From Gemmatimonadales bacterium (GTDB lineage: Bacteria; Gemmatimonadota; Gemmatimonadetes; Gemmatimonadales; GWC2-71-9), in NCBI GenBank assembly GCA_965249575.1, contig OZ252244.1:2720001-2784000 (forward strand): a stretch of 64,000 nucleotides of DNA. The letters are read 5' to 3'. The notes under the pieces are model-generated. The model was not told the DNA's origin and did no database searches. It was given only the letters and a program-made list of their open reading frames with translations. Positions 8,775 to 18,690 of this stretch are shown here, piece after piece. Numbering within the stretch: position 1 is the first letter of the stretch; every line of letters starts with the position of its first letter. A program made the position numbers and the translations under genes.

Positions 8775-10073
8775 TTATAGGTCCTTACCTAGTGTGAGCG
8801 ACACGGCGACCACCGCGAGGGTAACGCCCGCCGAGAGCCCGAATACCCACGTGCCCACCACTTCGTACAGCAGACCCCCCACGAGCAGGCCGACAATGCT
8901 CGCAACCGCACCACTGCTGCCGGCGAATCCCTGGACGGCGCCCTGGGTGTCGGGGTTCGTGGCCTTCGAGATGATGGCTAGGAGGGATGGCCACATAACG
9001 CCGTTACCGGCGGCGAGAAACCCGGTACCGAGGTAGATCATGAGGGTGTTGGGCGAAACGAAAAACATGAAGCTCACGGCGAGAAGAAAGCTTCCTGAGA
9101 CGAGGAGCGTGCGGTCGGACCACCGGTTCGAGAGGTAGCTCAGGAGCGGGCCCTGGACGGTAGCCATCAGGAGGCCCATGACGGAAAAGAAGGCGCCGGT
9201 CTCGACGATCGACCAGCGGAGGCCGGTGACGGCGTGGATGGGAAACGTGATGTAGAAGAAATTGAAGGCCAGAAAGACGAGGAAGTGTACGGAGAGGAGG
9301 AGACCCACGGATGGCAGCCGCAGTATGTCGCCCGCCGACAGCTGTCGGGGATTCGTGACCTCGAAGCAGTCCCGCTGCTCCTGCCCCAGCATCTTCCGAA
9401 CGTTCGTTTGCTCGGGGCTCGCGGCGAGGACGCACGGACGTGACTCGGGCAGTAACAGTGCAATGATCATGGTCGCTGCAAAGGAGATCGTGAGCGCGGC
9501 GAGAACGGGCAGCGTTTCGCCAAATTGGGTGGCACCCAGCACGCCCGCGAGCGCCGGGCCCACGATGAATCCGAGATTCGACGACACGGCCATCTTGCCG
9601 AAGTTGGCGCTCCGATCCTTTGCATCTGTGATGTCAGCGAGGTAGGCGTTGGCCACGGACACGTTTCCACCGGTAAGACCATCCAGGGCTCGCGCAAGGA
9701 ACAGCACTACTAACGGCACGGTGAGGGTGAAGGCGCCAAAAACACTGGAATCGACGGAGAGAAGCGGGGTGGCGGGCAGAAGGAGGGCGCCGAGGAACAC
9801 GGCCCACGAGAGCATCGTGCCGGCTTGGCTGACCAGCAGTACCTTCTTGCGGCCCCGTCGGTCCGACCATCGTCCGAGGATCGGGGCCCCCACGAGCTGA
9901 CAGGCGGAATAGGTCGCCCCCAATATTCCGTAGATGAGCGCGTTGCCGCCGAGCCTGGTGACGAGAAACACCAGAAACGGAAGAACGATGCTGAAACCCA
10001 GGGTGCCGATGAAATTGACGGACAGGAGGGGGTAGAGCATTGCCCGATCGGTGGCCTGCGGTCGGGAAGACAT
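8775..10073 (-). CDS. MFS transporter (TetA/DHA1-like)
   Basis: About 12 TM segments; GRWSDRRGRKKVL motif A; RALDGLTGGNVSVANAYLAD. Confidence 0.9.
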   Translation of the reverse strand: MSSRPQATDRAMLYPLLSVNFIGTLGFSIVLPFLVFLVTRLGGNALIYGILGATYSACQLVGAPILGRWSDRRGRKKVLLVSQAGTMLSWAVFLGALLLPATPLLSVDSSVFGAFTLTVPLVVLFLARALDGLTGGNVSVANAYLADITDAKDRSANFGKMAVSSNLGFIVGPALAGVLGATQFGETLPVLAALTISFAATMIIALLLPESRPCVLAASPEQTNVRKMLGQEQRDCFEVTNPRQLSAGDILRLPSVGLLLSVHFLVFLAFNFFYITFPIHAVTGLRWSIVETGAFFSVMGLLMATVQGPLLSYLSNRWSDRTLLVSGSFLLAVSFMFFVSPNTLMIYLGTGFLAAGNGVMWPSLLAIISKATNPDTQGAVQGFAGSSGAVASIVGLLVGGLLYEVVGTWVFGLSAGVTLAVVAVSLTLGKDL

Positions 10074-10180
10074 GGGGCGAAGATACCAAGGGTCCGGATG
10101 AACTGCCACGTCGGTCGAGTTCTCGCGACGCACGACATTGGTCTGGACATGGCGAACGGCCGGCGGGAGAATTCAAGACC

Positions 10181-10699
10181 ATGCTTTGGCTCAAACTTCT
10201 CCAGAAGCTCGCGCGGACGCTGAACTCCGACGGAACGCCTGGGCAGGTCGCCGCAGGCCTCATGCTCGGTGCCGCACTGGGGCTCACGCCCCTCATGAAC
10301 CTTCACAACCTTGTGATCTTCGCCCTGGGCATCATTCTCAACGTGTCCTTTCCCGGGGTCATGCTTGGCTGGGTCGCATTCATTCCCCTCGGGTTCGCGC
10401 TCGATCCGGTGTTCGATTGGGTTGGAGGCGTCCTCCTGTTGCGTACCGAAGCGCTCGTGCCGCTGTGGACCGCCTGGTATGACACTCCGGTTGCCGCGCT
10501 GACCAATTTCAATAACACGGTCGTGCTCGGGAGTGTGGTTGCGTGGGTGGCGCTGGCTGTGCCGTTGTTCTTTCTCTTCCGATGGGGGGTATCCGAGTAC
10601 CGAGACCGCGTCTATGCCCGACTGGTCAAGACGCGGATGTTCCAGGCGGTACGGGCGACGAAGATTTACAACCTGTACCGGCTGTTACGGCCCGAGTGA
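10181..10699 (+). CDS. TIGR03546-family membrane protein
   Basis: LNSDGTPGQVAAG, FNNTVVLGS; paired with the downstream gene. Confidence 0.85.
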   Translation: MLWLKLLQKLARTLNSDGTPGQVAAGLMLGAALGLTPLMNLHNLVIFALGIILNVSFPGVMLGWVAFIPLGFALDPVFDWVGGVLLLRTEALVPLWTAWYDTPVAALTNFNNTVVLGSVVAWVALAVPLFFLFRWGVSEYRDRVYARLVKTRMFQAVRATKIYNLYRLLRPE

Positions 10700-10703
10700 T
10701 TCG

Positions 10704-12527
10704 ATGAAGATCTTCCGTTGGCGGGCTATTGGGACGCTGGGGCTGTTCTCGCTGCTTTTCATGGTGGGCTGGGCGCTCCTCGCCGATTCCCTGGTGCGCC
10801 GTGGTGTTGAGACCATTGGAGGGGACATTACCGGTGCGAAGGTTGATGTCTCGGCGGCCGACCTGCGCGCTGGCGAGGGCTCCGTCATTCTTCGCGGCCT
10901 GGAGGTCGCGAATCCAGAGAAGCCCATGCAGAACCTGGTCGAAGCGGCCGAGGTCGTGGCGGCCATCGCGCCGCTGCCGCTCCTGGAACGGAAGCTGGTG
11001 ATCGACTCCCTTGCCCTCAGAGGGGTGCGGTTTGGCACGACGCGTCGTACGTCTGGGGCGCTCGAGCATCGCAGCCCACAGAGCGGGAGAGTCGCGCGCG
11101 AGGTCACCGCCTGGGCCGCCGGCATCCAGATCCCCCCGTTCAGTCTGGCCGGTTTGGGGCGGGCCATTGATGTGGGGACGATCAGTCCGGACAGCCTGCG
11201 AACGCTACGCGAAGCGCGCCGCATAACGAGCGTGGCAGATTCGGTGCGCGGCGCTTGGGGGAGCGCAGTTCGCGCGCTCGACCCCCGTTCACAAATCGAC
11301 TCAGCCCGAGTACTGGTGCAACGGCTGGGCGGCGGCGACCGGGGAGTCCTCGGCCTGGCCGGTGCGGCCCGCGCCGCCGCCTCTGCCCGCACCGCGATCG
11401 GCGGCCTCTCGAGCACACTCGACCGAATCCGTGGCCTCGGGCAGACCGCAGACTCGGGCACTGCGGCACTCCGCTCGGCGGTCGCCGCCTTGGGCGATGC
11501 CCGACGAGCCGACTACGGGTACGCCAGGAGGCTGGTCGCGCTCCCTTCGCTCAACGCGCCGAGTATCTCTCCCGCTATGTTCGGGGAGATCGCGATCGAA
11601 CGCCTGAAGCCAGTCCTGTACTGGCTCGCCATCGCAGATCGCTACATGCCGCCCGGTCTCAACCCGCGCCTCCGCCCGGGGCCGGATCGGGCACGCAGCT
11701 CGGGCACAACCGTTCATTTTCCCAGGAAGACATCGTATCCCTCATTTCTGATCCGATTCGCGGAGGCCGATCTCACCATCGGCGGATCGGACGTCGCCGC
11801 CGGCCGGTACGTGGCTCGCGTCGCCGGGTTGACCACGGCGCCCGCGATCTATGGGCGCCCCACCCAGTTTCTCGCCGGTCGCGCCGGCGGTTCCGGTCCC
11901 AGCACGATACGTATCGCGGGGGAGCTGCAGCATGCCGTCCGGCCCGTCCGAGACTCAGCCGAGGCGTTCCTCGCTGGCGTCGGACTACCCACTATCTCGC
12001 TGCCCGGCATGGGCGCCCGTCTTGACATGGGCCGGGGGAGCACCGAGCTGGTGGTTCGCCGGGTCGGGGACAGCTTGGTCGCGCGCTGGCGCGTTCGGTC
12101 GGACGACGTCACCTGGGAGAGAACGGGGCAGGGGAGAACGTCGCCGACCGGTGGTGCTGGCAGCGTCGTGCAGTCCGGAGTGGAGGACCTGTTGTGGCGA
12201 ACGCTGTCCGGACTCCGCGCCGTCGAAGTCGAGGCGGAGATTGGCGGTTCGATCTCGAATCCGAAACTCGCGGTGCGATCCAATGTCGGCCAGGCCCTGG
12301 CGGAGAGTTTGCGAAGACAGGTCGGGGCGGAGGTCGCACAGGCGGAGCGGCAGCTCCGAGCGCACGTCGATGGGCTGGTCGAGGAGCGAACCCGAGACGC
12401 GCGGGATCAGCTACAGGTGCTCGAAACGGAAGTGCGGGACCGGATCGCTGGGTACCGGGCACAGCTTGAGGCGGCGAGGGCCGAACTGGAGGCGAGACTG
12501 CGACAGCTGGTTGGGGCTCGAGACTAG
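10704..12527 (+). CDS. TIGR03545-family protein
   Basis: N-terminal anchor, GAKVD, VANPEKPMQNLVE, RFGTTRRTSGAL, GTTVHFP; canonical partner of TIGR03546. Confidence 0.85.
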   Translation: MKIFRWRAIGTLGLFSLLFMVGWALLADSLVRRGVETIGGDITGAKVDVSAADLRAGEGSVILRGLEVANPEKPMQNLVEAAEVVAAIAPLPLLERKLVIDSLALRGVRFGTTRRTSGALEHRSPQSGRVAREVTAWAAGIQIPPFSLAGLGRAIDVGTISPDSLRTLREARRITSVADSVRGAWGSAVRALDPRSQIDSARVLVQRLGGGDRGVLGLAGAARAAASARTAIGGLSSTLDRIRGLGQTADSGTAALRSAVAALGDARRADYGYARRLVALPSLNAPSISPAMFGEIAIERLKPVLYWLAIADRYMPPGLNPRLRPGPDRARSSGTTVHFPRKTSYPSFLIRFAEADLTIGGSDVAAGRYVARVAGLTTAPAIYGRPTQFLAGRAGGSGPSTIRIAGELQHAVRPVRDSAEAFLAGVGLPTISLPGMGARLDMGRGSTELVVRRVGDSLVARWRVRSDDVTWERTGQGRTSPTGGAGSVVQSGVEDLLWRTLSGLRAVEVEAEIGGSISNPKLAVRSNVGQALAESLRRQVGAEVAQAERQLRAHVDGLVEERTRDARDQLQVLETEVRDRIAGYRAQLEAARAELEARLRQLVGARD

Positions 12528-12568
12528 GCGCTCGTAGAGGTATCGGTCCCCTCGCCGCTCGCTATCGC

Positions 12569-13858
12569 CTACTTCCTATCTCCCATCTCCACGTAGGCTC
12601 GTTCGCCACGGCCGGTGTAGATCTGCCGGGGACGTGCGATTCGGTGGTCAGGATCACTCAACATCTCCTGCCACTGCGCCAGCCAGCCCGGTGTACGCCC
12701 GATGGCAAAGAGCACTGGGAACATGGCAACGGGAAAACGCATCGCTTCGTAGATGATGCCGGAATAGAAATCGACGTTCGGGTACAGCTTGTGGGAGATG
12801 AAGTAGTCGTCCTGAAGCGCAATCCGCTCCAGCTCGACGGCAATGTCGATGAGCGGGTTCTTCCCGGTGACCTCGAAGACCTCGTCGGCGATGCGCTTGA
12901 TGATGGTGGCGCGGGGGTCGTAGTTCTTGTAGACGCGGTGGCCGAACCCCATCAGGCGGACTTCCTTGTCCTTTACACGCTTGATGTAGGCGGGGATGTG
13001 CTTCTTGTCTCCGATCTCCCGCAGCATGCGGAGCACTTGTTCGTTGGCCCCGCCGTGGAGCGGGCCGTACAGCGCGGCCGCGGCCGCGGCCATGGCGCTG
13101 AACGGGTCTACGTCGCTCGAGCCGACGCTTCGCATGGCGCTCGCCGAACAGTTCTGTTCGTGGTCTGCGTGCAGGATGAAGAGGACGTCGAGTGCGTGCT
13201 CGAGGACCGGATTGGGTTCGTACTTCACCTCGCTCGCCCGCGCCATCATGTTGAGGAAGTTGCCGGTGTACGACAGGTCGTTGTCAGGGTATACGTACGG
13301 CATCCCCACACTGTGCCGGTAGGCGAATGCGGCGATCGTGGGCGTCTTTGCGATGAGTCGATGAACCTGGTGCCGCCGGCAGTCCTCGTCGTTGATGCGG
13401 TTCGCTTCAGGGTAAAAGGTCGAGAGGGCTGCGATGGCGCTTACGAACACCCCCATAGGGTGTGCGTCGTAACGAAACCCCTCGATGAATTTCTTTACGT
13501 TCTCGTGAAGGAACGTGTGATGGGTAATGCGGTGATCCCAGTCGGCGAGCTCGGACTCCGTGGGCAGCTCTCCGTACAGGAGGAGATAGGCGGTTTCGAG
13601 AAATGACCCCCCTTCGGCGAGCTGCTCGATGGGGTAACCCCGGTAACGGAGAATGCCCTTCTCTCCATCGATGTATGTGATGGCGCTGCGGCATGCCGCG
13701 GTGTTGACGAAACCGGGATCGTACGTCATTAGGCCGAAGTCGTCCTCGCTGGCCTTGATCTGCCGCAAATCGATAGCCCGGATCGTACCGTCGTCAATCG
13801 GCAACTCGTGCACCGTGCCGGTCCGATTGTCGGTGACGGTCAGCGTGTCCTTTGCCAC
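12569..13858 (-). CDS. gltA: Citrate synthase
   Basis: YDPGF, GILRYRGY, HADHEQN, GPLHGGANE, GFGHRVYKNYDPRA, YPNVDFYSG. Confidence 0.98.
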   Translation of the reverse strand: MAKDTLTVTDNRTGTVHELPIDDGTIRAIDLRQIKASEDDFGLMTYDPGFVNTAACRSAITYIDGEKGILRYRGYPIEQLAEGGSFLETAYLLLYGELPTESELADWDHRITHHTFLHENVKKFIEGFRYDAHPMGVFVSAIAALSTFYPEANRINDEDCRRHQVHRLIAKTPTIAAFAYRHSVGMPYVYPDNDLSYTGNFLNMMARASEVKYEPNPVLEHALDVLFILHADHEQNCSASAMRSVGSSDVDPFSAMAAAAAALYGPLHGGANEQVLRMLREIGDKKHIPAYIKRVKDKEVRLMGFGHRVYKNYDPRATIIKRIADEVFEVTGKNPLIDIAVELERIALQDDYFISHKLYPNVDFYSGIIYEAMRFPVAMFPVLFAIGRTPGWLAQWQEMLSDPDHRIARPRQIYTGRGERAYVEMGDRK

Positions 13859-13994
13859 ATTGTCCTCGGGTGATAGTTTGACATTCTCGGGCGGTAAAGA
13901 TACTCCGGAGAACGGTTAGGGGTTAGCGTTCGGACACGTGGCCAAACGGTCGTGTGCGTTGCTCACCGAACGACTGGAAACGGAGGCTGCGAAC

Positions 13995-16592
13995 ATGGGG
14001 AGCAGTGCTCTCAAGGCTCTCGCCGCCGTGGCGCTCGCCGTCGTGGTAGAGGGCGTCGGCCCCGCACCCGCACAGGTGCCGACGTTTCGCGACGCGACCG
14101 GCCACGATTTCGGGGAGCGGATCACGCAGCACCATGAGATGCAGCGATACGTGGAGCGACTGGCTGCGACGTCGCCGCGGGTCGTGGCCGTCGACCAGGG
14201 CGCAAGTTGGGAGGGCCGGCGCCTGGTGCTTGCGGTCGTGACGTCCCCAGCGAATCACGATCGCCTCGAACAGATTCGTGAGACCGCGATCCGACTGGGA
14301 GATCCCCGGGCCACGACTCCAGTCGAGGCTCGGGAGCTCAGCTTGCGACAGCCGGTCGTCGTGTGGCTCGGCGGGTCCATTCACGGGTTCGAGTTGTCCG
14401 GGAGCGAAGGGTTGTTGAAGCTGCTCGAGCATCTGACGACCCGGAACGATCCAGCGACGCTCGCCGTCTTGGAGAATGCGGTGGTGCTCGTCGATCCGGT
14501 CCTCAACCCGGATGGCCGGGATGCGTTTGCTCAACTGAACCACCAGAACATCGGGAGGGAACCGAATTCAAAGCGGGAGGATTGGGCTAACGATTTCAAC
14601 GGGTGGGAGGCGATCAAGTTTCGCACTGGGCACTACTACTACGATATCAATCGGGACTGGTTTGCGCACACCTATCCCGAGACCGGCGCGCGCGTCCCAA
14701 CGCTCCGTCGGTGGCGGCCTCAAGTGGTCGTGGATGCCCACGAAATGGGTCCCGACGTCGAGTTCTATTTCGATCCCCCTGGCGATCCGGTTGCTCCCTA
14801 TTTCCCAGATTTTGCATCACGGTGGTTCAAGCAGTTCGGGAAGGACTACGCCGAGGCGTTTGACTCTGCCGGCTTCGAGTATATGACCCGCGAGCGCTAC
14901 AACTATTTCTATCCCGGATACACGACATCCTACGGTAGCTATCAGGGAGCCGTCGGAATGCTGTTTGAGCAGGGGTCGAGCCGCGGTCTCGCGCTCGCGC
15001 GTCCGGACGGGTCGGTGCGTTCGCTCGCGGACGCGTTGGAGCAGCATTACGTGGCCACCTGGACCGCTGTCCGGGTCGCCGCGGAGAATCGCACGGCGCT
15101 CCTGGCGGAATACTATCAGGCCCAGCTCGACGCGGTCGCCGACGGCGCGGCGGGAATCCGACGTTACCTGATCGGCCCCGGGGGCGATCCCAACCTGTTG
15201 GCAGAGCTGGCGGCGATGCTGTATAGAAACGGCATCGAGGTGGACGTGCTCACGGCGCCTGTGACACTGGCGGGCGTGCGCGATCGCGTCGGACGAACAC
15301 TTGGTGAGCGACGGTTCCCGGCCGGCACGTTCGTGGTCGATGCGGCGCAGCCGAGGAACCGCCTGTCTCGAACGCTGCTCGAGCCGGACGTTCCCATCCC
15401 GGCCGCATTCCTAGAATGGGCGCGCGCCCGCGTGGAGCGCGACGAAAACCCGAGATTCTATGACATCACGGCCTGGTCGCTGCCGCTCCTCTTCAACGTT
15501 GACGGATACAGCTCGCCGGACGGCGCGGCCGTGACCACCACCCGTTTCGCGGGTCAGGATCGAGCGATCACCCTGCCGCCAGCGGACCGCGTCCCTTACG
15601 CATACGTCATCGATGGGCGCCAGGCGGCGGCACTGAGCGCGGCCTATCACCTCCGTGCGCAGGGGTACCGGGCCAGCATGACGCTCAAGCCGACACGAGT
15701 CGCGGGCTCGGCACTCGCGAGCGGGTCATTGGTCGTGCGCACGGGACCCAACGAGGCAGGAGTCGGCGGCGCCGTGCGCGATCTCGCGCGGCGGTTCACC
15801 CTGGACGTCCTCGCGCTCCCGACCGGCCTGTCCGACTCCGGCTATCCGGCTCTCGGGTCGGCTGACGTGATCCCAGTCCAAACGCCGGAGATCGCGATGC
15901 TGGCGGAAGACCCCATTCAGGGATACTCGTTCGGGTACGCGTGGTACATGCTCGACCGGCAGTACGAGATTCCGGTTACCCCGCTTCGGGTCAGATCGAT
16001 CGCAAGCACCCGACTCGATTCCTTCAACGTGCTCATCGTTCCCGAGGCGTCGACCAGTGCCCTCACGGCGGCCCTCGGCGATTCGGGGCTCGCGCGCATC
16101 AACCGCTGGATCGCGGACGGAGGGACGTTGGTAGCGCTCGGCCGGTCGGTCGACCTGGTCCGAGAATCCATGGGGGCAGAGGCCCTCCGCTCGTGGTACG
16201 AGACGGAGGATGGGGAGCAGCAACAACGTTTCAACGTGCCTGGCGCGTTCATGCGTGGCACGCTGGACAGCGAGACATGGCTCTCGTCGGGGTACGACGG
16301 CCAGTTGCCCGTATTCGTGAACTCGAGCCGTGTCTACCTCGCGCCCGAAGGCCCGCCCTCATCCCGCCGCCGAGTCGTCGGCCGCTATGGCCAACTCGGC
16401 GACCTGAGGCTGTCGGGCCACGCGTGGATCGAGACGCTCGAGCGGCTTCCCGGAACGGTCTTCGCCTACGAGGAACGGGTGGGTCGGGGACGCGTCATCC
16501 TGTTCACCGAAGACCTCAACTTCCGAGGGTATTGGCGCGGTGCGGACCGGCTCTTCCTGAACGCCGTCGTGCTCGGGCCGTCAGCTCCCTAA
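13995..16592 (+). CDS. Secreted M14-family zinc carboxypeptidase with C-terminal GATase-like domain
   Basis: Signal peptide, IHGFE, NPDG, DINRDW, DAHEMG, LFEQ. Confidence 0.88.
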   Translation: MGSSALKALAAVALAVVVEGVGPAPAQVPTFRDATGHDFGERITQHHEMQRYVERLAATSPRVVAVDQGASWEGRRLVLAVVTSPANHDRLEQIRETAIRLGDPRATTPVEARELSLRQPVVVWLGGSIHGFELSGSEGLLKLLEHLTTRNDPATLAVLENAVVLVDPVLNPDGRDAFAQLNHQNIGREPNSKREDWANDFNGWEAIKFRTGHYYYDINRDWFAHTYPETGARVPTLRRWRPQVVVDAHEMGPDVEFYFDPPGDPVAPYFPDFASRWFKQFGKDYAEAFDSAGFEYMTRERYNYFYPGYTTSYGSYQGAVGMLFEQGSSRGLALARPDGSVRSLADALEQHYVATWTAVRVAAENRTALLAEYYQAQLDAVADGAAGIRRYLIGPGGDPNLLAELAAMLYRNGIEVDVLTAPVTLAGVRDRVGRTLGERRFPAGTFVVDAAQPRNRLSRTLLEPDVPIPAAFLEWARARVERDENPRFYDITAWSLPLLFNVDGYSSPDGAAVTTTRFAGQDRAITLPPADRVPYAYVIDGRQAAALSAAYHLRAQGYRASMTLKPTRVAGSALASGSLVVRTGPNEAGVGGAVRDLARRFTLDVLALPTGLSDSGYPALGSADVIPVQTPEIAMLAEDPIQGYSFGYAWYMLDRQYEIPVTPLRVRSIASTRLDSFNVLIVPEASTSALTAALGDSGLARINRWIADGGTLVALGRSVDLVRESMGAEALRSWYETEDGEQQQRFNVPGAFMRGTLDSETWLSSGYDGQLPVFVNSSRVYLAPEGPPSSRRRVVGRYGQLGDLRLSGHAWIETLERLPGTVFAYEERVGRGRVILFTEDLNFRGYWRGADRLFLNAVVLGPSAP

Positions 16593-16616
16593 GAGCGGCG
16601 CCTTTCAAAGGAGACA

Positions 16617-16949
16617 ATGATGGTCATCACCACGACACCGACCATCCAGGGATATGAGATCACGGAGTACTACGGGATCGTCACCGGCGAAGCGATATTG
16701 GGAGCGAACGTGTTCAAGGATCTCTTCGCGGGCATTCGGGACATCGTGGGCGGACGTTCCGCGGCCTATGAGGAGGAGCTTCGCCGAGCCAGGAGAATCG
16801 CACTCGACGAAATGGAGGCAGAGGCCGAAGACCTCGGTGCCACGGCGATCGTGGGCGTGGATCTCGACTACGAGACCATCGGGATCTCCCGCGGGGGAAA
16901 CATGCTCATGGTCTCGGCGTCGGGTACTGCGGTCAGGGTGGCGTGGTAG
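16617..16949 (+). CDS. ybjQ: YbjQ/UPF0145-family protein
   Basis: [36 protein letters not shown]. Confidence 0.92.
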   Translation: MMVITTTPTIQGYEITEYYGIVTGEAILGANVFKDLFAGIRDIVGGRSAAYEEELRRARRIALDEMEAEAEDLGATAIVGVDLDYETIGISRGGNMLMVSASGTAVRVAW

Positions 16950-17054
16950 GAACGAAGAAGCGAGTGGGGAGTTGCGAGTGGTGAGTAGGGGTTTGGGGTT
17001 GGGGAGCCTGGCTGGGAGTTAGTGCGCGCTTTACACCGATTGCAAGGAGGGAGG

Positions 17055-17936
17055 ATGGCGCGGATTTCGTTGCTGTTGACGGTGTGGATTGGTGCGCTGC
17101 CCGCGGTGGGAGGAGCACAGGACTTCGACGACGTTCAGATCGAGGTCGTCGACATCGCGGGCGGCATTCACATGCTACTCGGGTCCGGGGGAAATATCGG
17201 CGTTTCTGCCGGCGCCGACGGCGTGTTTCTGGTCGATGATCAGTTTGCTCCACTGACCGACAAAATCCGGGCGGCCGTGCGGGGCATTACGGACGGGCCG
17301 CTTCGCTTCGTGCTGAACACCCACTGGCACGGCGATCACACGGGTGGCAACGAGAATCTGGGTAAGGCCGGCGTGCTGATCGTGGCGCACGAAAACGTGC
17401 GCGAACGGATGAGTGTCGATCAGTTCATGGAGGCCTTCAACCGCACGGTCCCCGCCGCGCCGGAAAAAGCGCTCCCCGTCGTCACATTCACCGATGCCGT
17501 GACGTTCTATCTGAACGGCGACGAGATTCGAGCGTTCCACGTCCCCGCAGCCCACACGGATGGTGATGCGCTCGTCCATTTCCGCAGGGCGAACGTGGTG
17601 CACATGGGCGACACGTTCTTCAACGGCCGGTACCCATTCATTGATCTCGCGAGCGGTGGATCCGTTGGTGGAGTCGTGGACGTCGCGGAGCTGGCGCTCG
17701 CGATCATCGATGGCGAGACGAAGGTGATCCCTGGGCACGGGCCGCTTGGCGACAAGGCTTCACTGCGTGCCTACCGGGACATGATCGTGGCCGTTCGGAG
17801 TCGGGTGAGCCGGGCTGTCGATCAGGGGCAGTCGATCGAACAGGTCCTCGCGTCGAAGCCTACCGCCGATTTCGACGGGGAGTGGGGGGGGAACGCCGAG
17901 CGGTTCGTTCGTATCGTTTACGACGATCTAAAGTAA
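17055..17936 (+). CDS. Secreted MBL-fold metallo-hydrolase (cyclase-like)
   Basis: NTHWHGDHTGGN, AHTDGD, HMGD, IPGHG; signal peptide. Confidence 0.9.
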   Translation: MARISLLLTVWIGALPAVGGAQDFDDVQIEVVDIAGGIHMLLGSGGNIGVSAGADGVFLVDDQFAPLTDKIRAAVRGITDGPLRFVLNTHWHGDHTGGNENLGKAGVLIVAHENVRERMSVDQFMEAFNRTVPAAPEKALPVVTFTDAVTFYLNGDEIRAFHVPAAHTDGDALVHFRRANVVHMGDTFFNGRYPFIDLASGGSVGGVVDVAELALAIIDGETKVIPGHGPLGDKASLRAYRDMIVAVRSRVSRAVDQGQSIEQVLASKPTADFDGEWGGNAERFVRIVYDDLK

Positions 17937-17989
17937 CGCTGAGAGCGGCGGGTGCCGCAGTGAACGAACATCCATCTCGGGCCCGCCGA

Positions 17990-18688
17990 TCATGAGAGCC
18001 GCTTTTGAAACTCCTGTATTCGACGCGCGTTGGTTCCAACATCGCCGCGTCCCACCCGCGAGACCGACCGCACGTCGATTCGGCTCCCAGCGTGAGTCGG
18101 TCTGATTCGTATCACGACGTCGTCCTTGAATCCGAACCAGCGGGTGGTGGCCGTCGCCTCGATGCGGCCCTCTGCCGAATCGGCCGCTACGATTTCCCAT
18201 CCCATTTCCTCGGCAGTGGTCGGGCCCAAATCCGGATAACCGGCCTGCTGTGCCGCCGCCAACTCCGGTCCCCCGTACTCGGACGGGTTCGGCGCATCGG
18301 CGCGAAGCGGTAGGACGGCCACGAACGCGGGAGGGTCGCCGGTGTCAGTGGTGATGTCGTGTATGGACGGGACGCCTCTCGCGGTACGCTGCCACTGCCA
18401 GGGGACTGCCACGCTCACTAGCCCGATGATCGCGCCCGCGATTCCGAACACGACACCGCGTGGTCGGCGACTGGCCACCGCGGCGACGACCCCGACGACC
18501 GAGAGGAGCGCGGCGCCAGCGGCAGTGTACGCCCCGTAACGGAGCATCGTGAATCCGGTGCGCAATTCCCAGATACCCAAGCGGTACCCAGGTCCCGCGG
18601 CGATGACCGCGAGGCTGCAAGCCCCGGCCAGGAGCAACGCGAGCAGTGCCAGCCGGGCGGCTGGCTGAGCGGTCGATGCGGGCGACAT
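17990..18688 (-). CDS. DUF1499-domain membrane protein (appears to carry a small in-frame deletion)
   Basis: 3 TM, IHDITTD, IEATATTRWFGFKDDVVIR, DVRSVSRVGRGDVGTNARRI. Confidence 0.85.
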   Translation of the reverse strand: MSPASTAQPAARLALLALLLAGACSLAVIAAGPGYRLGIWELRTGFTMLRYGAYTAAGAALLSVVGVVAAVASRRPRGVVFGIAGAIIGLVSVAVPWQWQRTARGVPSIHDITTDTGDPPAFVAVLPLRADAPNPSEYGGPELAAAQQAGYPDLGPTTAEEMGWEIVAADSAEGRIEATATTRWFGFKDDVVIRIRPTHAGSRIDVRSVSRVGRGDVGTNARRIQEFQKRLS

Positions 18689-18690
18689 GT

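Noticed and set aside
17055..17936. Acquired metallo-beta-lactamase resistance gene
   Set aside because: HxHxDH/AHTDGD pattern fits the common cyclase-like MBL-fold family; no mobile context
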